The position numbers were made by a program, and so were the translations under genes. 64,000 nt of DNA from Heptranchias perlo. Lineage: Eukaryota. Positions 39,397-50,445 of the stretch are shown piece by piece. The DNA lies in NCBI RefSeq assembly GCF_035084215.1, contig NC_090348.1, positions 34,162,001 to 34,226,000 on the forward strand. Reading direction: 5' to 3'. The notes beneath the pieces were generated by a model that ran no database searches, was not told where the DNA came from, and saw only the letters and a program-made list of their open reading frames with translations. The first letter of the stretch is position 1; the number at the start of each line of letters is the position of its first letter.

Positions 39397-40432
39397 CTAA
39401 AACAAATGAAAGAAAATGTTTAACACTTTAAGGATTAGATTAGAATAGAATAACTAATTCTAATAGATAAAATAAAAGGTTCTGGTTCTCAAGAGTTCCA
39501 CAGAAACATTTGATTTATTACACAACAGAAATAAGAGAGGCTAGACTGCCATTTAATAGTTCACAGCGATTGTTCGGAAGACCATTTAGTAGTGATCCAA
39601 ACTGAATTACAGGGACAAATAGATCGTGCTTCTGATTTTTGTCTTGCCTTTCCCTTCCCAAAGGAAATCAGATTTTTTTTAAAAATGGGTAAAACCACCA
39701 GTCAAATGTGTGTTTTTTGGATCCAAAATAGTACAGAATGTTTGTAAACAGAAAATCAGCTTTAATCCAGTTTAATCAGCAAAACAAAATTTTTGAAAAA
39801 ATAAATAAGATACTTAAAATAAACAAATTCATCTGTCTCTATAAAGAATAATGCTAATCGGGGATGGTGGATACAATTAGCTACACCCTCAGCATCTCCC
39901 ACCACCTCCCCAGAAACTTTGCTCTGCTATCTGTACGATGGAAGTGATTAAATGCACGATCTACTTCAATGTTGCCCATTGATGCAAAGAAAAAGTAAAG
40001 TGCTCAACCTCCACATCAGAACTGCAGTATGCAAACATTGACATTACTAGGTTTTAAAATCAGGGTTAACTCTAATTTTTTGAAGTAGGGAGGGGGTAAT
40101 TATCAGGTCTAACCCTAAAATCAGAAGGCTTATAAATAGAGCAGCACTTTATTTTTAAACTCGGTCACAATAACTGACCTGTGATAGTTCATCTTATATT
40201 ATGAGCTGAAGAACCTAGTCAGTGCTTAAATTGAAATAAAGTAAGAGTATTTCCCTAAAGTGCTTGCTCCAGTATTTGATCTGCCAATCATACATTTCAC
40301 CTGTTCAGAGGGTAGGGATTAAATACCATCATTACAATGAATATATACATTCCTTCATAACTAAATCTTTTAAAATTGGCTTGTTTCTCCTGGTTTAGGT
40401 CAAATTTAAAATTTCAGCATGCCTGTACAAAC

Positions 40433-40535
40433 CTTAGATATTTCACTTCCAGAAAGTCCAACTTCTTCCAGAAGCTTCTGAATAGGTTGGATACTTTGGC
40501 TGAACAGCACAGAACATACAGATTCAAATCTCGCC
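40433..40535 (-). CDS. HSPA14: HSPA14 coding exon 10
   Basis: 103 nt; ARFESVCSVLFSQSIQPIQKLLEEVGLSGSEISK. Confidence 0.93.
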
Positions 40536-40669
40536 CTAAAAATAAGATGCACACTTTAATACGAAGGCAATCTATTATCCACAAACAACGTTTAAATGCT
40601 ATAGTGCACCGGAGTCTTGTGGAGCCATGAAGAGTTATATAGCTTTTGAATAAGTTGCTCATGATACTA

Positions 40670-40845
40670 GCTCAATTGCTAAATTTAAATGTGAGATAGA
40701 TAGCTTTTTGGCAACCAAAGGTATTAAGGGATATGGGCCAAAGGCAGGTATATGGATCTAGATCACAGATCAGCCATGATCTTATCAAATGGAGGAGCAG
40801 GCACGAGGGGCTGAATGGCCTACTCCTGGTCCTATGTTCCTATGA
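40670..40845 (+). mobile_element. CR1 3' end fragment
   Basis: cagccatgatctt...gggctgaatggcctactcct...cctatgttcctatg tail. Confidence 0.75.
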
Positions 40846-41541
40846 AGGGATTAGTCGGTACAACAGACGCATTCAGGCTAGGTTGTTAACTGGGTTCCTA
40901 TTTTAAAATCGTTATTTGTTAATGTTAATCATTAAAACTGTTCCAAGAAGATTAATGATACAAGACTGAGAAATATTGAAACAGTTTCAATAAAAAAAAC
41001 CTAGAACAGAACTAACGATATTTGCAACAAAATTAATAGCAGAAAAAGCCATCTTGTTCCATTGAAAATTGCAAAAAACAAAGGAGCTTTTAAAAGGTTT
41101 AAATTGGGAATGCTTATATATCGCATTATTACCCAGTTAATTTCTAAAATAAGTGGATACCAAAAAAAGTTTAATACTTTGAACCTTTTCGCCCATCCTT
41201 TTTTGCTCTCTGTTGTCTCCTGGTATCAAGCTTCCTCCTTCATTCTATTGGGTGGATGATCTGAGGCACAGACTATTCCAGCCAGCCCAATACCATTCCA
41301 CAATCAAATGACAAGAGTGGAAGTGGCCCCTTTTTCTCATCTTTGCCAAATGCAGCAATCCTTCTAGAATACTGGCAGAGAACTAGCAAAATTCAGGCAG
41401 CAAGGGAAATGGAATTTGAATATCAGCTATAGGGTTGGAAGTCTGGCTTTGGATAGAGGCCCAATGCTACAATGATATCCCTCCTACTAAGGTTCAACCT
41501 CAACATGGCTCTTGGCCTAACACAATTAACTATATACATAC

Positions 41542-41697
41542 CTGGACACATTGCAATCGAAGTCTAAGCCTTCATGAAGCGAATCTACAAAACAATTTGA
41601 ACTTTCCAAGGTTGACAAAGCATGTTTAGCATCTTCAGCACTATTAACAAGCTTCATCATGGCTCTTGGGTTTCCCTTTATACTGTGTCTAAACAAC
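41542..41697 (-). CDS. HSPA14: HSPA14 coding exon 9
   Basis: 156 nt; [51 protein letters not shown](R). Confidence 0.96.
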
Positions 41698-41800
41698 CTA
41701 TATACAAAAAAAGTTTACATTTTTAATCTGGCAGAAATGGTGCAAGTATAATCAATTTGAAGGTGAGCCAACATGTTCTGTATTGCTGTTGTGCTCTTAC

Positions 41801-41962
41801 CGCTGAAATTCTGAAGCTAAATATTGTGCCAAGGCCTCTGTGAAACACTCTCCTCCTATGCTGTCATCAGCATGAGAGGCAAGGACTCTGTACATGCCAC
41901 TATTCACTTCTACTATTGTAACTGATAGTGATGATCCACCAAGTTTGTAAACCAGTACATTA
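41801..41962 (-). CDS. HSPA14: HSPA14 coding exon 8
   Basis: 162 nt; [53 protein letters not shown](R). Confidence 0.96.
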
Positions 41963-42463
41963 CTAAAAACAGAGAGAGAAAAAGACAAAATAACAACATG
42001 AAAACAAAAACTGTCAGATTTCAATGTTTGTCTTGCTCAAAATGTATTTTAATACATAACTGAAATCCACAATTAGTTGGGTCAATTACCAATGATTCAA
42101 TTTAGAAGTGCATGCAGTATTAATATGAACCATCAAAAAGAATGGGATACAACAAATTAGGTTAAAACAGAACAATTGCATTAGGCCCCTCCAGCAGCTT
42201 ACAGGTACGTGGTTGATTTGTCTAGTAAGGTTGCCCATCTTTTAAAAAACACTTCTAGTGCTTAAAGTCCCACCTCAAATCTGGAAATAAGAAATTTACT
42301 ATATACAAATATTTATATAACCTAACCAAAAAAATAAAAATAAAGATCTTACGCCATTCTAGTGAACTAAAATGCTTTGAATATTGAATACAAAGCAAAT
42401 TTCAAATATCGCATGCCATCATACTCACTACGTTGCAACCTTTAAAATGTAAAAATAAACTAC

Positions 42464-42568
42464 CTTTTCCCAGTAGGTGACTCCTGTCCAACTCCAAATG
42501 CGAGAAGGGCTGCTGCAGGTTCATGAATCAATCGCAACACATTGAATCCAGCTGCTTGGGCTGCCTGC
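42464..42568 (-). CDS. HSPA14: HSPA14 coding exon 7
   Basis: 105 nt; [34 protein letters not shown]. Confidence 0.96.
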
Positions 42569-42910
42569 CTACACAACAGAGCATTTCACACCAAATAAAC
42601 AAACAGTAAATATTTTGACACACAAGTTTCAGAATAGAAAAGTAAGAGGGTAAGTAGTGGAAATCTTTTTCCTCCCCTAAAGGTTAGCATCCATTAATTT
42701 AGAGTACATGACCACTTTTTCCACAGGGAGAAAAAAAGGCTGATTTTACACAGAAGAATGGCAATAAAAAAAAAATCAGAAATGAATGAAATATGATATT
42801 GTGAACCAATGGAAAAGTGCCAAATGTTTAAATGCACAGAGCAATGACAGGTAGATGGATCAGTTTGAACTTTCATGATTGGGTAGCTTAAAAAGGTCTA
42901 CCTCGCCTAC

Positions 42911-43001
42911 CTTAGAACATTTTGCTGGTTCTTCCCAAAGTCCAGTGGGACGGTTAGGACAACATCATTTACATCAGAGCCCAGTGCTGATTGTGCAGTT
43001 T
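42911..43001 (-). CDS. HSPA14: HSPA14 coding exon 6
   Basis: 91 nt; (E)[29 protein letters not shown]. Confidence 0.95.
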
Positions 43002-43292
43002 CTGTTAACACAAAAATAAATCCAATTAGCCAACTTATGAAATAAAACCTCAAAATTGTTGAAAATTAAGTTATGTAATCTCAAAACACATCCATTATTA
43101 ATGGTGGGCTCCATGATCATTATGACACTGGATAGCCAAGGTTTGATCCTCTGTTTATATACTTTATCTCCAGCCTTGAATAAGAACATATTATGATTTA
43201 GTACTCCCAATGCAGAGCTTTACTCGATGGGAGAACATACTAGAATTTTGGATGTGGAGATCAACGTACCCCATTCTCAACCTGCTTGATTT

Positions 43293-45385
43293 TAGAATCA
43301 TAGAATCTTACAGCACAGGAGATGGCGATTCGGCCCATTTCACCGGCTCTTTAAAGAGCTGTCCAATTCAGTCCCACACCCCAGCTTTTCCCCCACAACG
43401 CTCTTCAATTAGTCCTCTTTTAAGTACGTGTCCAATTGCCTTTTGAAAGTTCCTTTGGAATCTGCTTCCACCACCCTTTCAGGTAACATGTTCCAGATCT
43501 TAATAACCCTGTGTGAAAAAATCTCTCATTTCTCCTTTAGTTCTTTTGCCAATTATTTTAAATCTATAATCCACTTGCCAGAGGGGATAGTTTCTTGCTA
43601 CTTGCTCTATCAAAACCCCTCATGATTTTGAATACCTCTATTAGGTCGCCCCTTAATCTTCTCTGCTCTAAGGAGAACATAGGAACAGGAGTAGGCATTT
43701 AGCCCTTCGAGCCTGTTCCACCATTCAATGAGATTGTGGCTGATCGGTGACCTAACTCCATATACTCACCTTAACCAAAGGGATATGGGCTAACAAAAAT
43801 TTATCAATCACAGATTTAAAATTAACAATTGAGCTAGCATCAACTACCGTTTGCAGAAGAGAGTTCCAAACTTCTACCACCCTTTGTGCATAGAAGTGTT
43901 TTCTAACTTAGCCTAAAAATTAGAGCCAAGACTTTCAGGACCATGTCCCCAGTCCTAGACTCCCCAACCAGCAGAAATAGTTTCTCTCTATCCACCCTAT
44001 TAGTTTCCCTTAATATCTTGAAAACTTAGATCAAATCACCCGCTAATCTTCTAAATTTCAGGGAATACAACCCTAGTGTGTATAATCACTCATTGGAATT
44101 TAACCCTTGGAGCCCAGGTATCATTCTAGTAAATCTATGTTGCACTCCCTCCAAGGTCAGTATGTTCTTCCTATGGTGCAGTACCCAGAACTGAACAATA
44201 CTCTAGGTATGGTCTAAACAGGGCTTTGTATAGTTGTAACATAACTTCTACCTAGTCCTCTAGCTATAAAGGCCAGCATTCCATTAGCCATTTTGATTAT
44301 TTTCTGTACCTGTATGATATTTTAATGATTTACATACATGGACCCCCAAGTCTCTCTGCATCTCCAGTGTTTCAAGCTTTTCACCATTTAGAAAGTACAC
44401 TGACCTATCCTTTTTGGGTATAAAAGTGGATGACCTCACACTTGCCTACAGTGAAATCCATTTGCCACAGTTTTGCACCATTCAATAAATCTTATTAATA
44501 TCTCTCTAATTTTATGCTTCCATCTACACTGCTTACAGCTTCTCCAATCTCTCCACGTAACTGAAGTCCCTCATCCCTGGTAAAACTCCTCTGTATCTAC
44601 TCCAAGGCCTTGACATCCTTCCTAAAGTGTGGTGCCCAGAATTGTACACAATACTCTAGCTGAGACCTAACCAGTAATTTGAAATGGTTAAGCACGACTT
44701 CCTTGTTTTTGTATTCAATGCCCCTATTTACAAAGCCAAGTATCCCAGACGCTTTCTTAACCGCCTTATCAACTTGCCCTGCCACCTTCAAAGATTTGTG
44801 AATATGCATCCCCAGGTCCCTCTGCTCCTGAACCCCCATCAAAAGAGTACCGTTTAGATTATACTGCCTCTCCATGTTGTTCCTCCCAAAGTGAATAACT
44901 TCACACCTATCCGCATTAAATTGCATCTGCCATGCGTCTGCCCATTTCATCAGTCTGCATATGTACTCCTGAAGTCTGCTACTATCCTAAATACGTTGCC
45001 AAGTTTTGTATCATCCGTAAACTTCGGAAGTGTACTCTCTATACCCATTGCATTCTTCGCTCCAGTCAGAAAAACATCCGTTCACCACTACTCTCTGCCT
45101 CCTCTAGCTTAGCCAATTACATACAAAGTTACCACTGTCCCTTTAAAGCCAGGTGCTTCTATTTTCTGAATAAGTTTGTTATGTGGTACTTTATCAAATA
45201 CCCTTTGAAAGTCCATATATATATCTACTGCACTACCTTCATCAACGATCTCAATCAGGTTAGTCAGACACAATTTACCTTTAACAAATCCGTACTGGCT
45301 ATCCTTTATTAACCCATGCTTCTCCAAGTGAGAATTAATTTTGTCCTTGACAATGGTCTCCAGGAGTTTTCTGTCCATTAATTTT
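43293..45385 (-). mobile_element. CR1 LINE fragment with a second CR1 nested at about 43680-44535
   Basis: RT fragments QYGFVKGKLCLTNL, MDFQRVFDKVPH, WQMQFNADRCEVIHFG; host sequence ...aaggagaac resumes at agcttctccaatc. Confidence 0.88.
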
Positions 45386-45631
45386 GATAATGTCACATGG
45401 TCACCATTATGAGATTTTATTCATCATGCCAGAAGCAATGAAGCCATTTAGCACACAGGCATAAACATTACAGGATCAACTTCTTTTAGAATGTCCACTG
45501 TAGTGCCATCCCCACCAGTGGCACTGTTCCATGTCGTAGCTATGATGTGGAGATGCTGGTGATGGACTGGGGTGGACAAATGTAAGGAATCTTACAACAC
45601 CAGGTTATAGTCCAACGATTTTATTTTAAAA

Positions 45632-45668
45632 TCGCAAGCTTTCGGAGATTATCTCCTTCGTCAGGTGA
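45632..45668 (-). ncRNA. Minimal hammerhead ribozyme motif (one stem-I mismatch)
   Basis: UCAC-CUGACGA-A-GGAGA(UAA)UCUCC-GAAA-GC-UU-GCGA. Confidence 0.62.
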
Positions 45669-46104
45669 GTAGTGAATGAGAGCTTCTCAAATCGCATATC
45701 TTATATTAGGCTGGGACACCATCACACCAATCAAAGGTGTCGTTGGTGTTCAGACAGGTTGGCCACGGAAAACAGTAGGTCCCAGTATGCTGAATACACA
45801 TTGTGTCAAATTACACAGACAGAGAGAAAGAGACCCGAAAGGCAGAGAGAGAGAGAGAGAGAGAGAATTTTCAGTTTTTTTTAATCTGTTATCTGTTTTT
45901 AATACAACTGAAAATTCTCTCTCTCTCTCTCTGCCTTTCGGGTCTCTTTCTCTCTGTCTGTGTAATTTGACACAATGTGTATTTAGCATACTGGGACCTA
46001 CTGTTTTCCGTGGCTAACCTGTCTGAACACCAACAACACCTTTGATTGGTGTGATGGTGTCCCAGCCTAATATAAGATATGCGATTTGAGAACCTTTCAC
46101 TCAC

Positions 46105-46141
46105 TCACCTGACGAAGGAGATAATCTCCGAAAGCTTGTGA
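46105..46141 (+). ncRNA. Minimal hammerhead ribozyme motif
   Basis: UCAC-CUGACGA-A-GGAGA(UAA)UCUCC-GAAA-GC-UU-GUGA; perfect stems I and II. Confidence 0.72.
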
Positions 46142-46237
46142 TTTTAAAATAAAATCGTTGGACTATAACCTGGTGTTGTAAGATTCCTTACATTTGTCCA
46201 CTTCATAGCTGTTCTGATTTCTGAATTTTAAAAAAAA

Positions 46238-46420
46238 AATATTTGTTCTCAGAATGTGGGTGATACTGGCATGGTCGCATTTATTGCCCTGAGGTGACGG
46301 GCCTTCTCCTTGAACCACAGCAGTGCTTGTGATGACGATGCTCACACAACGGTGTTAGGTAGGAATTCCACAATTCTATCCCAGAGATGATGAAGGAACA
46401 GTAATAAATGGCGAAGTCAG
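46238..46420 (-). mobile_element. 3' fragment of the LINE family inserted at 16937-17690
   Basis: Reverse-complement similarity to 17510-17690 (gcatttattgccc, cttgaacc.c.gcagt). Confidence 0.6.
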
Positions 46421-46943
46421 GACGGTGTGTGGCTTCTGACAACCATTTTCCTTTCAGTCAGGTATGACTCCAGCATTAGTGGGTTTTCCCTATGACCCCC
46501 ATTAACTTCAATTTTGCTAGAGTTCCTTGGTGCCATACTCCGTCGAATATTATCTTGATGTCGTGGGCAGGTGATCTTAACACCCAGATTAAGAAAAAGC
46601 AACACTGATCACGATACTGATGACAGTCTAGGTTTCTAGCCATGTTGCAGGTTAGTTCATTAAAACATTCTACCTGTTCCTGAGTGTTTATTTCCAAGAA
46701 TCAGTGTACCATCTTGGACCCACACGAGCACAGTATTATATATTTAACACATCTCCAAGGTAAAGTGCAGGAGAAGGGTTGTCGAGAGATATTCAATGTA
46801 AACCGCTATATAGCCAAAGTGGACCCTTGCCTCTATCCATAATTACATCTCCCATGGAAGCCTTCTGACTGTCAGTCAATTATTTAAAAATTTATTCAAA
46901 ATTTTATTTACAAATTTCCCTCCGAGGACAGAATTATACTCAC

Positions 46944-47049
46944 CCTTCATTTTCTCAAAAATCAATTTCATTACTTCCTCTGGAGAGACAATCTTGAGCT
47001 CTTCCCCAGTATCAATCTCATATCGAGGTTTGCCATCCTTATCAATAAC
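46944..47049 (-). CDS. HSPA14: HSPA14 coding exon 5
   Basis: 106 nt; VIDKDGKPRYEIDTGEELKIVSPEEVMKLIFEKMK; GTGAGT donor. Confidence 0.96.
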
Positions 47050-47699
47050 CTGTTTAAACATTTAAAAAGACAACTCAGCTTGACCCTAATTACAAGAATA
47101 GAATTAATTCTACAGCAAGAAAATGTTTGGGACAACTGTAAATTTCCAAATATACCAACATCTTGTTGTACAGCGCTTGAGGGGGATGATATCCCATGAC
47201 AAATCCTGTACGTTTCGCAACCTACTAGACAAGCGTGACTTCCCTGGTCACACTCAATGTTACGTTGAAAGTCTAGTCATTCACTCTTCCCTTTTGATAA
47301 GCTACTGGCATGAAAAAAAATCTTTGACAATAAGGTCATCATTAGTGAGTGATGGTATGCATGTATTTTCTGTTTTTGCAAGCTCTTCTCAATTTATCAC
47401 ACTTAATGCAACTGTTAAAAAAACAGAATGTTTCCAATTAAGCATAAACTAATTGAAGGATACCCTTTAGTGCTGCAAGAGGGAAGTCATACCCTTGACA
47501 GCTCCCCTGCAACATAAACTTAGACACACTAATCTGGTTGTGTTCTAAGTAGTAATCTATTTGCATTGAACCCTCTCTTTTTTTCCTACTCTGTTTATTT
47601 TGTCGTCCTTAACACAGTGCTTTGAGATATCTTCCTGTATATCTAGAAATGTATTTTACTGTTGTAAAATATATGTTATATTTAACCTTGGTGGTGGGG

Positions 47700-49030
47700 A
47701 AGCTTTTAGAAACGATAATCCAGGACAAAATCAACAGTCACTTGACAAGTGTGGATTAATAAAGGAAAGCCAGCACAGATTTGTTAAAGGCAAATCGTGT
47801 TTAACTAACTTGATAGAGTTTTTTTGTGAGGTAACAGAGAGGGTTGTTGAGGGCAATGCGGTTGATGTGTATATGGACTTTCAAAAGGCAGTTGATAAAG
47901 TGTCACATAATAGACTTGTTAACAAAACTGAAGCCCATGGAATAAAAGGGGCAGTGCCAACATGGATATGAAATTGGCTAAGTGACAGGAAACAGAGTAG
48001 TGGTGAACGGTTGTTTTTCAGACTGGAGGATGGTATACAGTCGTGTCCCCCAGGTACTAGGACCGCCGCTTTTTTTGATATATATTGACTTGGACTTGGG
48101 TGGACAGGGCACAATTTCAAAATTTGCAGATAACACAAAACTTGGAAGTGTAATAAACAGTGAGGAGGATAGTAACAGACTTCAAGAGGACATAGACAGT
48201 TGGTGGAATGGGCAGACACATGGCAGGTGAAATTTAAACGCAGAGAAGTGTGAAGTGATACGTTTTGGCAGGAAGAATGATGAGAGACAATCTAAACAAA
48301 ATGGAGCAATTCTAAAATGGGTGTAGGAACAGAAAGGCCTGGGGGTATATGTCCACAAATCTTTGAAGGTGGCAGGACAGGTTGAAAAAGCAGATAAAAA
48401 GCATGCGAGATCCTGGGCTTTATAAATAGTGGCATAGAGTACAAAAGCAAGGAAGTTATATTGAACCTTTATAAAACATTGGTTCGGCCACAGCTGGAGT
48501 ATTGTGTCCTAAAGTGCGGTGCCCAGAATTGGAAGGATGTCAAGGCCTTAGAGGGTGCAGAAAAGATTTACTAGATTGGTTCCAGGGATGAGGGACTTCA
48601 GTTACGTGGATAGACTGGAGAAGCTGGGGTTGTTCTCCTTAGAGCAGAGAAGATTAAGAGGAGATTTGACAGAAGCGTTCAAAATCATGAAGGGGTTAAA
48701 TAAAGTAAATAAAGAGAAGCTATTCCCATTGGCGAAAGGGTTGAGAACTAGAGGACACAGATTTAAGGTGATTGGCAAAAGAACCAAAGGTGACATGAGG
48801 AAAAACACTTTTATGCAGCGGGTAGTTATGATCTGTAATGCGCTGCCTGAAAGGGCGGTGGAAGCAGATTCAATTGTGGCTTTCAAAAAGGAATTGGATA
48901 AATACTTGAAGGGAAAAAGTTTGCAGGGAATGAGCGGGGGAATGGGACTAACTGGATTGCTCTTACAAAGAGCTGGCATGGGCTCGATGGGCTGAAGGGC
49001 CTCCTTCTGTGTTGTAACCATTCTATGATA
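47700..49030 (+). mobile_element. CR1 LINE RT/3' fragment
   Basis: KGKSCLTNLIEFF, MDFQKAVDKVSH, KFADNTK, LFSLEQRRLRGDL, TRGHRFKV. Confidence 0.92.
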
Positions 49031-49469
49031 TTAAATTTTGCATTTTGTAAACAAATAATTCAATAATTATTATACCTAATAGAGGTAAAAGAATAATCAA
49101 TAATTTTATTTCCAATGAGACTAATCTTGGTAGGATTCATAAATCTTCACATAGTATCATGAAAACCTGTCGAAACCACATCGCCTTGATGGGATGAAAT
49201 TATGATCTGAATGGATGGGGATAATGTGCAACTTGTGATATAATCAGGGCTTGTGACTTGTCATAGTGAAATACATTGAAAATCATGGACCCATTACAGG
49301 GAAAAATTTTTATACTGCTACAATTGGTAGAATAGTATTTAAAGCCCTATATTTTACAACAATTCTAAAATGCTGGATTAGGTATAAATCACTTCATTCT
49401 AAAAACTAAAATCCTGAGTGGGTATTGATGACAAATGCTCATAGACTGAGAATTAATTGCTACAAGTGA

Positions 49470-49800
49470 AATCCCCAATTTATGATGCGATAAAGGGTTT
49501 AGGTAGGGGTGGGGGATCAAAGGCAAGGTTGAAGAGATGGATTTTGAGCAGGTTTTTAAAAACAGGTACGGAGGTAGCAAGGCAGAGGAAACCAGGCAGG
49601 AACATAGTTTCTGGGGAGGTTGATGAAGTGAAGGCCAAAGCCACATAGGTGCTGGGAGGAGTCAAAAAGATGGCTTCAGTTTTGTTGACATTAAACTGGA
49701 TGAAATTTTGGCTCATACGGTTCTGTATGCTAGACAGGCAGTTGGAGTGTGTGTTGATGGCTTTTGAAATGATGGAGGAGGTAGAGCTGGGTCTTGCCAC
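49470..49800 (-). mobile_element. Decayed L2 fragment
   Basis: WMSQNF-like MSQNFIQFNVNKTEAI; FKNLLKIHLF. Confidence 0.55.
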
Positions 49801-50396
49801 GCTATTTTGAGAAAATAAACTGTGAAAGAATATTCCAACAACTCTGCCTGTGTCACCAACTAAGTAGCATCAGCTTGAAATCCCTATTTCTGAGGGAAAG
49901 TGATTGATTTGCCTGACAGCATAGCAGAGGCTGATCAAAATCAAAGCCTCTGTTTGTGGGAGCAGCAAGTGCAAACTGTTGCCGAACTGAGATGGCATTT
50001 ATAACACGATACCCCCTCCCTCAACAAAAATCTGGCTCCCTATTTAATTTACATACTTTCAATCTGCAAACTTATCTGGGTTACTGTTCTTATACAGGTA
50101 ACAAACATAAATAACGCTGTATGCATTTTCATTTCGGACAGTTACTATAGCTTTCCAAAGAGATTAAGCTTATAGTCTTGGTATTAGGTGTTATAAAGAC
50201 ATTTGTTTTCTTGGAGGTCAATTTCAGAGGTGCATTTTTGCACTCACATTGTTAATCGCTACGCTTCACCAGTGTTCCAGGTGAGCGATGAACTCAAGAA
50301 TGAAGAACCATTGGTCAGTAATCTAAAAGCGAACGTAAAAAAGTATGCAAATAACTTTCTAAAATAGGCCAGAGCCACCTTTATGCCGATACTTAC

Positions 50397-50445
50397 AGAA
50401 CATTTGCTTTCAGCCACATGCTTCTGAACTTGAGGATCATCAAAA
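50397..50445 (-). CDS. HSPA14: HSPA14 coding exon 4
   Basis: 49 nt; FDDPQVQKHVAESKCS; GTAAGT donor; phases fit both neighbours. Confidence 0.92.

Larger units (their letters stand above)
45546..46201. mobile_element. Large palindromic Penelope-like non-autonomous element (family A variant)
   Basis: About 300-bp inverted arms at 45572-45876 and 45906-46201, 29-nt spacer, 26-nt unpaired tail at 45546-45571. Confidence 0.85.

Noticed and set aside
45672-46104. Four overlapping ORFs with mirrored peptides (MLNTHCVKLHRQRERDPK...)
   Set aside because: Artefacts of the palindrome and the GA microsatellite; no protein-family signal
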